Source of the DNA: Nageia nagi | Taxonomy: Eukaryota > Plantae > Pinophyta | DNA length: 64,000 nt | Assembly (NCBI GenBank): GCA_050084985.1 | Contig: JBITNC010000002.1 | Span: forward strand, 16,182,001-16,246,000 | Direction of reading: 5' to 3' | Shown: piece after piece, positions 1 through 10,705 of the stretch | Numbering within the stretch: position 1 is the stretch's first letter | Layout: the number at the start of each line of letters is the position of its first letter | Translations under genes and position numbers: made by a program | The notes under the pieces: model-generated | Databases searched by the model: none | Told to the model about the DNA's origin: nothing | The model's input: only the letters and a program-made list of their open reading frames with translations

Positions 1-760
1 ACACATGTTTTCAAAAGACAAACATATGACTTTTGAAAACGTGTGCTCAAGAGAGGAGTGCCTAGGAAACTGGCACATGATCTAGAAAGACAAGAACATG
101 ACTTTTCAAAACTTGCGCCAAGCTTGGGAAGTCTTCCAGGAGAGTTTGTAGAGGAAAATTGGCTAAGGCATGACTCCAATGGGTTTCGAAATGATTCAAG
201 ATCACACAAAGAGGTTGGCACATGAATTCAAATGACAAAATTTTAACTTTTAGGAACTTGTGCTTATTCCAATAGATGCCCCCAACCATCGCATGTCTCC
301 AAAATACAAAACATGAATTCCTAAAACATGTGCTAGGTTCAAGAGGAGTTCGGGGATTGAGGCATGGTTCCAAAACACTGAGAAGTGACTTAGAATTACT
401 CAAAAGGGCTAGCACAAGAATTAAAAAGACAACATTTTGTCTTTCTAAAACACGCATCCAACATAGAAGCTCCTCAAATTCAAGCACATGAATTAAAAGA
501 TAAAAACATGAATCTCTAAAACATGCGCCAGGTTCAAGGAGAGATCCCAAAGGTATCTAAGTGCAAAAATGACCAAGTATTTGGCTCCAAGATTCCATGT
601 TAAACTCAAAATGACCCAAAGAAGGCGGCATAAGATTCAAAGAGACAAAATTTTGTCTTTCAAAAATGTGCGCTCAAGGAGTAGAGCTATTCGGGCTAGG
701 TGCATGATTTCAAAAGTCATAATTATGACTTTTTGAGACATGCGCTTAGGGTGAGAACAT
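1..760. repeat. Degenerate tandem repeat (core ~AAAAGACAAAATTATGACTTTTCAAAACATGCGC) within the LTR element
   Basis: Motif recurs many times at irregular spacing; the same motif recurs at 16140-17230. Confidence 0.75.
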
Positions 761-2831
761 GAAAATCAAGCGATTGAATTTAGGAAGGAAAATTTCAATA
801 TTTCAAGTGGTGCACACATCCTTAAGTTGGCAACCATATTTAAATCCAGCACTTTTTGGATCAATCTTGGCTGATTGGTAAAAAATGGAGTCTTAATTTT
901 GCTATAAAAGGGAGATGAAAAGGCTCATTTGCAACATCACAAGTCTCATTTAGCTACAACAGTGCCGATGCAAACACATATAAGCCCAGGAGTGCATAAT
1001 CAAACAAATCTTGAAAGACCTCCCCTCTAACTATGTTTGCTTAATATGTTTCTATGTTCTACTATTTATTTTCTTTTAGGGATTAGCCCCTATATTATTC
1101 TTAGACTTCTCATAGTTTGCTTTGAGTGAAGGCTATTGAACTTGTCATGTTGTTTTAGTCTTGTATAATTTCTTTTGGTCACCTATGGACACTAATATAA
1201 TTTTTTTCTTTGTTTCTTTTACAAGTTTGCACATTTCGAGGAGAAGAGTGAAGACTATCTAGGGTGCAAGCTTGGAGCTAGGGCAACCTAGGTGCAAGGT
1301 GTGGGAGACTATCCATTAGTTTGAATTCGTGAAGTACTTCAAGACGGGTGCCTTCGAGAGTGAGTCTTCTTCGAAGTTAAGGAAGTTGTTGAGGGATAAC
1401 ATAGTTGAGATGGACAAAAGAAGATAAACCCTATTGCCAGGAGTGCACTTAAAGTGTGGACTCACCAACATCGAAGACAGATTGGCAACGTGTTCATCTA
1501 ATGAAGATATTCAAGAAGTTATCTAGAGTGGATAAGTAGGAGTTGAGGCGTGATCTCTTATTCTACTTAGGCTTGGTTACTGCCATTGCCATACCTTTCA
1601 TCGTCCTATACCTAGAGTTGTGCATGGACTTAGTGTAGAAGGAATAAGGAAGGCCTTTCAATTGATTGAGGAAGGTGAATATGTCTATTTTAAATACAAG
1701 TCTCTCACTCTTTACAAGAACTCCAAATCAAGCAACTAAATCAAAGAATGGATGTTCATCGATTATCAAGAGTTGAAAGGAACCCATTGATCAACCCCAA
1801 GCGAACATACTTCATCTCCACAATCATTAAGATCATCACCATGTTGTCCCAAGTGATAGGAGAGAAAGATTGACTTAAGTTTTGAAAGGAGTTCTTTGGG
1901 TTCATCATCATGATAAGCAAAAATGGAAGAGGATCAAGTGGAGTAAGGTGATCAGTGACACAATGGTCAGTCAGTTGTTATCCATGGACACCACCAAAAG
2001 ATTCTACATGAATTCATATTTAGTATACTTGCTTCTTGATGGCAAGTATAGACCCCTAGCTTTTGGCGATGAATGCAAGTTGGAGAAAGGAACTTACCTT
2101 ATGTGGTAGTGCTATCCCATGTGGAGGATCGAAAGAAGGTGGAATAACTTCTTCATGAGGAATGATGGATGGGAGTTTGAAATATACAAGGAGATAAAGG
2201 ACAAATGGTCGATGCAAAGAATATCAAACCTTGTGAAAGATGCTCAGAAGGTATGGTGATTTCTTCCTGCAAGATCCGAATATATCATACATCATGATAT
2301 TTGGGTCCATTGTAGCACCATATCTATTACCTCAGTACATCAACAATAGCTTGATCTTGATGGAGATGATGATACAATTGGTCTACATACATGATCACGT
2401 GTGGAATAAGAAGACTATCACCACCATCTTCCCCGTCATAATAGGGGAATATCAATGCTGCCATTGTGTCGAAGTGGAAAGCATGGAATAAGAACTAGAG
2501 CGCTACAAATTTTCAAAGATTGATGGAGTTGACCATTATGGTCTCGATCATAAGATAACACACTTTCTACATGGAGAGAAAGAAAGAATATTGTCATAAG
2601 TCCCTTGGAGAGGAGTCATTTAGGAACATGAGCAATGAAGCAGAGATAGGAATGATTCACCTCTAGTTGCAAAAGAAAGCCAAGGGGAAGTAGAGGTCAA
2701 CACAAGAAAGAGGTCTTAACACTCCTCCCACTGTGAAGTCCAAAGTGTCAGAGAAGTCAAAGCCATCTTCAAGCAAGGATCATATACAATTAGGGCAATA
2801 TGCATCTATGTGTCCAGGACAACTAGTAGCT

Positions 2832-3350
2832 TATTAGAACTAATAATGCATTGCTGTATAAATTATTCTTTAGAAAGGTATCTAAAGAATAATATTCATT
2901 CTTCTTATATAATTCTCTTTTTTATTTACTAGATACTTAAAAGTGCTCCTAAATACCTTTTAAATATTTAGTGAATTTAATAATGAAACTTGTCTCATAT
3001 GTGATTATCCTTATCCTTTGGATAATGGCATTCCCCTTGGTTAAAATGGTGAGCCAAAATGGTATTTTTTCCTATAAATTGAGGCCTCTCCTCAAGCATT
3101 CTTCACTCTAGTTTCAACATTGTAATGCTCTTAGTGTGAAGAAGGATAGGAGAGAATGCTAGTGAAGAATTGTAAGAGTCTTGTATCTTGAGAAGTAATA
3201 AAATTTAGCTTAGAGTGAAGTACTTTCTTGATAAGAGAGGAACCACTATACATGTTTGTCTCACTTGTGTGATTGAGTTATTGAGAGTATTCTTGAGGAG
3301 TTGCTTAGAAGTAGAACACTCAAAGGTGATCTTGGATGTAAGAGCTTTCA
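2832..3350 (+). mobile_element. Copia-type solo LTR nested in the first element
   Basis: Starts TATTAG (decayed TGTTAG) and ends TTTCA; 5-bp TSD TAGCT (2827-2831) / TAGCC (3351-3355); internal TATAAA; homologous to the LTR at 49062-49543. Confidence 0.75.
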
Positions 3351-6300
3351 TAGCCAAGATCATGAGGGGCTTTCAATTGGAGGTAAATGATTTGAGAGAG
3401 GTAGGGTATGACTATCCTATGGACGAGTTGGAAGATGTTGCCTTGGGTAGAAGAGTTACATCTAGTCGAGATAGAATGGAGGAGTCATTTCTTCCTTATC
3501 AGCTTGTAGAGAGGCCACGATAGATCGAAGGATCACAAGCCACCTTCATGTTCAGCACCCCAATGGTCGAATCCATCTTCAAGCTCCAAGTATGGACTAG
3601 ATGCATCTATGGAAGGAGAGGTTAGTACACATGCCACCAACACAGTCAATAATGATGAAGGAGCAAACATCAAGTGTGTCGAGAATAGGGATAATTCAGC
3701 TGAGATAATGAGGAGCAAAGGCCTCTATCATGGAAACAATCTTCATCAACAAGTAAGGAGAAGAATCCAACTCCACGACTAGCAGTCAAAAAGTCACATC
3801 ATGAGAGGTCTCCCATTTAAGAATTATTTGCATATGTTTTAGACAAAGGATGTGATCAAGGAGGTCCAAGTGAAGCCAATGAATAGACAAAGAAAAGGAG
3901 GTTGGACGTCCCACCAACACCCACCACTTCACTAAGTTAGGAAGTAGTAGCCGCTCAAGGTCAGTATACAAAGACACTTCACTCGGGAGTAGATGAAGAT
4001 TGGGATTTTGATGTATATGAATTCCTAGATATTTTGCAAATGAAGCCAGATGATGAATTTGAGGATGGTTATGAGAAACAAAAGCAACATGCTGATGTGA
4101 CATATGTTAAGATAAAAGATAAATCATTCCATATCAACACAATAGTCGCAGAGAAGAATGATCTCCAAAGTGTAGAAGATTTGAGGGTACATACATAGGT
4201 AATAAAGATGACTTCAATTGGGATAGCATGAAGTACACCATTATTGCCAACATTGAGGCCATAGCAAAAGATAGGTTCAAGAAAGGGAAAGAAATTAGGA
4301 GTTTGAAGAAAGAATTGGTCACCCAAAGAAAGCTAACCAAAGAAATCGAGATGGTGAAGATGCAACCTGAAGACATCAGAAAGTACATTACCTTGAATGA
4401 AGGGTTAGCAATCACAAAAGATGACTTGAGGAAAGAAATTGTGGATGCAATGAAACAAATGATATCTTGTCTTCGAAGGTTAGCTAGGACATGGGAGCGT
4501 ATGGATGACATAATAGTCATGATGATTTGCATGTTCGAAGAGTTGGATTAGAACTGCCCAAATATAGGTGACCCTCATAGAAAACTAGCGGATAGACTAG
4601 AGGATTTTACAATTTTGCAAAAAGTATTGGTATAATCATGGTTGGTTACGTACTGCGAAGATTCAATGTCAGAAGTGGATCGAGGCCATTGCAGGTATGA
4701 GGGACTGTTCACTCACAGATAGCAAGGTACAAGTATGATATCAAATTCCTTGATGATGATGATGTGATTAAAGAGCTCAAGGTGGTTGCTACTGAGACAT
4801 AACATATGGTAAAAGACTTGATTTGTACTAATGATGTTAACGTCTGCTGGATGGGGCATCACATTCATCATATGATGGAGATACATGCATCGAGGTCCCA
4901 GATGGAGTGCACCGTTGAGGCAATTGCAAGGTTCATTGATGAGAAGACCCAGATTTATGAGGAGCTTGACTTCATAGTGGAGTTTTGGAATTTACATTTT
5001 TATATATTTTGGTTAAGCCTTACGATGGATGAGGATTTGCTCCCACAAGTGTTGGATTACATCTTATGTGGACATTTGGCATGATTTTATTGAACCATTG
5101 GTAATTTCATAGAATTAGGATTGATTTCAGTTGAATTTAAATTACGGTTAGGGTTAAATATAAAAACTATAAATACCAAAATGGGGCTCATTTGTAAGGA
5201 GGATGATCATTTTGTCAAAAGGGAAAACTATTTCAATTTTGTTGCAGTACTTTGTGACTCTTGTAAGTGAATGTTGTGCATGACTTAATCACATCAAGAC
5301 TTGTTTCACTTAATGGAATATTGAGTTTGAGTACTAATACTTGGTGTTTCCTTGTAGTTATCAGATAAAATCTGAGCATTTTTTGTTAAGTGTAGGCTTG
5401 TAAGAAAGTTAGACGAATATCTTAAGAAGTTGTGTGATTGTTACTTGATGAACATTACTCACTCTTTCACATGCAAATGAGTGTATGTTAATGAAGTTCT
5501 TTCTATATCATTTGGCTTGTGATGTTACACATGTTATTGCTTATGACAACATTGCTATAGGTTCCTTCTTGCATAGAATTTGGACTCAATTATTTGTTAT
5601 GAGATTGGCTAAGTTGGTACACATCTCATAATTAACTCGAGAAGAAGATGATCTAGTGACTACACTATAGTTGAACCTATCCTTGAATGAACTCTTATCT
5701 TATGCCATCATTCCCACTTTTACTTTCATTTGCCTTTTATTATGTTATTTTTCACTTTTTTAACTTAAAAGTTTATCCTCTCAATTGTTGTGAAAAAACT
5801 TTGAGGCCTACAACAAACGTGGTTAGTTGTTATTACCTCTATCCTTCCACTAAACATTCCAAGTATAGCTACTATCACTATCACATATAACATTTTAAGA
5901 TACTAGAAACCTAGGGATAACTAGTTCTTGCAAGTGGAGGCTAATCATGCAGACTGAATCACATGTTTAGATGCCTTTCTAGCTATCACTTAGGTGATCT
6001 TTGTAAAAGGAAGGAAAAACATTTCAACATAGAGGAACCATCATTGAGGCTTAAAATTTAATAATAGAGAATATTGATAAGTTTACAACGATTTAGGAAA
6101 GGCAAATTATGGTGATAACTATTTATGAATACACTGCATAATGATAAAAAGTATACAATGATATATGTTCATCATGAAGATACATAAAAGGGCGAATGAT
6201 GAGGTAATGTTTTACTGCATTTAATGCAATTTTATCTACAGAATTATTAATGCATTTCTTAAGATAATCATATTTTTACCAACAGTCTTGAATAGAACCT

Positions 6301-6752
6301 TAGTAATTCATCCCTCATTATGCACATTCTCCATCATAGAATAAATATTGAAGTAGTACCTCAAAGAGTGTGCCACAAACTCATTGCAATTCTGCAAGTG
6401 ATTACTTCTCCCATGAGTAACCAAATTCTTGCATAAGTTCTTCAAGATCAAGGCAATGATGTAAGCACAAATTCAACCTAAAATTTGCAACTTATAAAAA
6501 AGGAATCCGCATAGTATAATGCATGCATTTGAATGCAATCACCCACCAAAATAATTAAATTTTACTCTACAAGTGGGAGAGACCCTTTGGCTCTTACAAT
6601 ACTAAACAATAAATTTGACTTCAATTTACCAACAAAAAATGTGACATATTTTCATAGATATATTTATGGACTATATATTAAATGTAAGATTAAACTTCAT
6701 TCCATGAATTCCATAATGTACACTACAATTACCCATGCCATGTTAAGAACAA

Positions 6753-7033
6753 ATGTTGAATTGGATAATTTGAAAGCTATCAAACCAAATTTCCTTCTAT
6801 GCTTGACAAATTAATGAACTCTATAGAGATATACAAGCATTATGTATGTTGAATTGGACAATCTAAAAGCTATCAAATCAATTTTCCTTCCATGCTTGAC
6901 AGATCAATGAACTCTATAGAGATATCCAAGCATTATGTATGTTGAATTGGACAATCTAAAAGCTATCAAATCAATTTTCCTTCCATGCTTGATAGATCAA
7001 TGAACTCTATACAGATATCCAACCATTATGTAT
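6753..7033. repeat. Tandem repeat, 3 x 93 bp
   Basis: Unit ATGTTGAATTGGA...CAAGCATTATGT starts at 6753, 6846 and 6939. Confidence 0.9.
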
Positions 7034-8502
7034 GGAGATGGAGGAAGTTTTCATAATAAATCAACTTTGACTATTCTTTAACATGGAACAAACAAAATCT
7101 CCAAATGCATTGTAGTATATTTAGCTTATATGGTTTCATATATATGGTTATATATGGTATTATGTTGTAGCGTGTTGTTTTTTATAGATAAATAAGTATT
7201 TTAGTGTCCTTTTGAACCCAATGGTTCATAGGATCTATCAAAGTTTGTCCAAATGTGAAGATATATCAATTAAGTATTTCAATGGTTGTTTCTCACGTAA
7301 TTAAGTTGTATAATAAAATCATAAAGCTTGTTTTGGTTATCTTGGTTTAAGAATTTGTAGATCAAGTTGTAATTACAAATATCTTTATAGGATTTCTTAA
7401 TATCTTTGGATAGTGGGCAAAAAAAGAGAAAATGAGTCTCATCCTCTATGGCATTTGGGTTACAGATTTTACAAATTATTTTATCTCAAGGTGGTTTTGG
7501 CATTGTTCATCTATTAGTTTTGCTATGAAGATATGTGAGTTAGTTATTAATTTTGCAATCACAAGTTTCTTTTTGAAAAAAATAATCTTATGTGAATAGG
7601 AAGGATGCTCAAGTTTTAGATGTTACAACATAGCAATTAACTATTTTACAATTAGGTGGCTCATCAAGTTAGGATGACATAATTAACTTATGTCATATGG
7701 TTGCATGATAAGGTGGTAGTGTTAAGAACCTAAAAGATCTTAAATAGAAATTTAACGTAAATAACTACAAATTTTAGCTTAATTAGAGAAACAACATAAC
7801 TTGAAATTTAAAAGAGCATAATATTAAGCAAAATGTAACAGAATGCAAGCGTGACATAACAAAAGGGCAAGCACGAAGTATCAGAAGTGCGGATGAATTA
7901 TTTTAGAAGTGTGACAGGTTATTAAGCAAATTATAGCTTAGCAAAGTTGTAATCTTGTCAAAATGCATCCGAAAGATATTCGAAATACGATGAATAAATC
8001 AAGATTGCGACCTGATCCAAAACCTTCAAGGAATGGAAAAGCGTGTTGATGCAAGAAAAACCATTCATAGAGGAGGCAATCGAGATGGTACTCAAGCTTG
8101 AATTCTCTAATGATAAGATTAGTATTATGATTTCAAAAAGTATAACAAAGAAGGAAGAGGAGGGGCTAAAATCAACCCTTATGAGCACTATGCAAAGGAT
8201 TGTCAAGAAAAGAAGAGGGATGAAGAAATGAGAGAAAAAAAAATGAAAAGGAGTCTCAAGATAAACAGAAAGAGCATGAGTGGAAATCAGTTCAAAATAA
8301 AAAAAACTGAAAAAAAAATCAAAAGAATACAACCAAAAAGCAGACAAAACTAACCACGTCAGAAAAACAGTCAACTTCAAAAGAAATCCAACATCAGAAA
8401 TCAACCACAAAAAACCCCTATGTAGTGCTATTAATTTTAGAAAGAATAGACAGAGAAACAACAAATTATAATACAAATTTTTCAAAAGATGAGACAACAA
8501 AA

Positions 8503-10314
8503 ATGGAAGTTGTGGAAGGGGAAGACCTGAAGCTTCTGGGCTTGGGAATCAAGTTCATTCCACGACCACCACCCATGACTGCTGACAGGATGCGTTTGGA
8601 GTTTAGAGCATTTGCTCGAAGACTCAGGCTACGCGTCTTTTTCGGTGATAAAGATGCCAACAGGGAAGCTGAAAATTGTCCAGAGCCGGAATATCATCGA
8701 GAGCTTCTACCTTTCCGCGGAGTATTCCCATTCAGTATGCCAAGGCCATGGTGGCATCCGCAGGAGGTAAATATGGATCTTGAAGAAGTGATCCGGAAGG
8801 GAGAACGTTTGTTCGTGGACCTTCTTTCCCGATGCTCTTTTGTTAAGCTTCCTCCACTTCCGCGCGGACTTATGAGAAGTCTGAAGCTTTTGCGCAAGGA
8901 TTCCAGCATTATCATCAAGCCAGCGGACAAGAATTTGGGCCTTGTAATTCTTGATCGCTCCTGGTATGTTTCAGAAGGATTAAGGCAACTTTCTGATGAG
9001 AAGGTTTATTGCAGGATTGCAGAGGTTCCTTGGAGGTTGATATGGCACAGGCTGAAGTACTACATCGGGCAATCCAAACTCTTCAAAGGAATTGAGGGTT
9101 TCCTTTTGAAGAATCCCATTTCCCGTGCGCGTCCTTGTGCATTCTTTTTATTACCCAAGATCCATAAGCCCGTATTGGTAGGGAGGCCCATCTGTTCTTA
9201 TACGGGTTATCTTCTTGAACCTACTTCTAGACTGTTGCATACACTTCTGTTACCTGTACTCCTTAGCCAGAAATTTCACCTCAAAGATTCTCTAACCTTG
9301 CTCAAAGAAGTCACCACGATTCAAGTCCCGCAGAGTTGCCTCCTCTTTACATTTGATGTTGAGTCCCTTTACCCAAGCATCCCCACACAAGCTGGACTTC
9401 AGGCACTTCGTTTCATGCTTTCTGCTTTCATGCTTCAGAACGGGCTAGACATGGGTTTGTTTGAACTCATCATCAGTTTGGCAGAGTTGGTTCTGACTGA
9501 GCACTATCTGGAGTTTAATGGAGGGATATTTAAGCAAATTCGAGGGACAGCAATGGGAAGTAACTTTGCTGTAGTGTATGCCTGCCTCTTCCTGTGCCAC
9601 TTGGAGATGCAGGTTACCGAAAGTTTTGATGCCTCCAATTTGCTTTATTACAAGAGATATGTGGACGATGCTTTTGGTATCTGGACAGGCTCTGAAGATA
9701 CTTTGCAGGATTTCTTCAGACATTATCAGAGCATTCATGCGGAAATCAAGATTACCCCTGTTGTCTCCTATTCGGAAGTGGATATTCTGGATGTTACTTT
9801 TTTCAAGGGGAGGAATTTTGATGTTACTGGAGTTCTTTCTACGAGGTGCTTTCAAAAGCCATTGAATGCCTACCAGTACATTCCGTACCGATCTTGGCAT
9901 CCTCTACATCAGAAAAGATCATTTGTTATCAACGAGCTACGAAGGTACCTACTCAGAGAGTCAGATCCTGCAGGCTTTCTGGAGCTGAAGAAGAACTTTT
10001 TCCGCAGACTTCGAGCAAGGGGTTACCCGGCCAAGTTTCTACTCTACTGTTTCAGCAAGGTCACATTGGGAGATAAAACGGAGCTTCTCTCTCGTTTGCA
10101 GTCAACTACTCGAGGGAGAAAGAGGACCCCCCTTGTCTTCAAGCTTAACTTTAGCAAATCCGCTAAAGACTTGGACTTGGGGGCCACCCTAAACCCTGAA
10201 CTACATCGGCTCTGCCAACAAGTTCCCGCTCTGCAATCCCTTCCACTCCCGATCGTGTGCTGGCGCAACCCAAGAAAATTGGGTAGTTTTTTGATGAAGA
10301 GTAGATTTGATTAA
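8503..10314 (+). CDS. Penelope-like element (PLE) reverse transcriptase, 603 aa from the ATG, with no GIY-YIG endonuclease domain
   Basis: Uninterrupted ORF with PLE-RT motifs in order: LGLGIKFIP, IKPADKN, LLPKIHK, GRPI, FDVESLYPSIP, QIRGTAMGS, RYVDD (YVDD 9658-9669), ILDV, YQYIPYRSWHP, RLRARGYP, WRNPRKLGSFL, then stop. The ORF track starts at GTG 8425, but the first ATG and the compositional shift are at 8503. Confidence 0.92.
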   Translation: MEVVEGEDLKLLGLGIKFIPRPPPMTADRMRLEFRAFARRLRLRVFFGDKDANREAENCPEPEYHRELLPFRGVFPFSMPRPWWHPQEVNMDLEEVIRKGERLFVDLLSRCSFVKLPPLPRGLMRSLKLLRKDSSIIIKPADKNLGLVILDRSWYVSEGLRQLSDEKVYCRIAEVPWRLIWHRLKYYIGQSKLFKGIEGFLLKNPISRARPCAFFLLPKIHKPVLVGRPICSYTGYLLEPTSRLLHTLLLPVLLSQKFHLKDSLTLLKEVTTIQVPQSCLLFTFDVESLYPSIPTQAGLQALRFMLSAFMLQNGLDMGLFELIISLAELVLTEHYLEFNGGIFKQIRGTAMGSNFAVVYACLFLCHLEMQVTESFDASNLLYYKRYVDDAFGIWTGSEDTLQDFFRHYQSIHAEIKITPVVSYSEVDILDVTFFKGRNFDVTGVLSTRCFQKPLNAYQYIPYRSWHPLHQKRSFVINELRRYLLRESDPAGFLELKKNFFRRLRARGYPAKFLLYCFSKVTLGDKTELLSRLQSTTRGRKRTPLVFKLNFSKSAKDLDLGATLNPELHRLCQQVPALQSLPLPIVCWRNPRKLGSFLMKSRFD

Positions 10315-10442
10315 TTAATTAATTAATTTTTTAATTAATTAATTAATTAATTAATAATTATTAATAATTAATAATTAATAATTTTATTAATTATTAATTA
10401 TTTAATAATTTTTTATTAAATATTTTTATTTAAATATTTATT
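10310..10442. repeat. 133-nt tract containing only A/T (TTAATTAA-rich), starting at the RT stop codon
   Basis: No G or C between 10310 and 10442. Confidence 0.9.
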
Positions 10443-10561
10443 GTAATAGGTTGGCAACACGGTTTTGTAATAAATTGCCAACACGGTTTGTAATGATTTG
10501 GCATTAATGCCAACACGGTTTGTAATAGGTTGGCATACGGTTATCGGTGCCGACACGGTTT
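10441..10561 (+). repeat. Minisatellite of ~5 imperfect units (TTGTAAT..TTG(G/C)CAACACGGTT) in the PLE 3' region
   Basis: ACGGTT core repeated 5 times; contains the perfect 16-bp palindrome TTGGCATTAATGCCAA (10498-10513). Confidence 0.85.
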
Positions 10562-10640
10562 AAGTTGTGGGTTTCAAGAAACCGTAACCCTAATTAGGGT
10601 TTTCGAGTTTCTTCTATAAATGTAAGGTTATGTACGAGTT

Positions 10641-10705
10641 TTCTCATAGAGTGCAACTGATGAGGAGTAAATCTCCGAAACCGGTCTTGCACAGCTCTTT
10701 GAGAA
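10641..10705 (+). ncRNA. Type I (minimal) hammerhead ribozyme
   Basis: Stem I GTGCAA (10651-56) / TTGCAC (10687-92), extended by AGA/TCT and TTCTCA/TGAGAA; core CTGATGA (10657-63); stem II GGAG-TAAAT-CTCC; GAAA (10677-80); palindromic mini stem III ACCGGT; GTC cleavage triplet (cut after 10686). The PLE context supports it. Confidence 0.9.

Larger units (their letters stand above)
1..6029 (+). mobile_element. Degenerate large LTR-retrotransposon segment (Ty3/Gypsy-like long LTR with a decayed accessory ORF), 5' part outside the window
   Basis: Degenerate tandem repeats at 1-760, TATAAAAG at 903, stop-riddled coding-like region ~1250-5080 (e.g. FYMNSYLVY, IVAPYLLPQY). 5250-6029 is clearly homologous to 17311-18087 and ends in the LTR-type terminus ...TTCAACA. 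No gag/pol is visible, so the superfamily is inferred. Confidence 0.6.

Noticed and set aside
7958-8500. 180-aa hydrophobic minus-strand ORF abutting the RT start
   Set aside because: The F/L/I richness and lack of stops follow from the A-skew of the + strand; non-ATG start and no motif
8993-9020. CTGATGAG inside the RT ORF as a second ribozyme
   Set aside because: No stem II/GAAA; simply codons S-D-E
9445-10268. Several short alternative-frame and antisense ORFs within the RT
   Set aside because: Shadow ORFs of a GC-richer coding sequence with no recognisable domains
8503-10314. Telomerase (TERT), LINE or group II intron RT identity
   Set aside because: Intronless and short, with no TEN/TRBD, APE or maturase features; KPADK, PKIHK, G.AMGS and S.HP motifs are PLE-type
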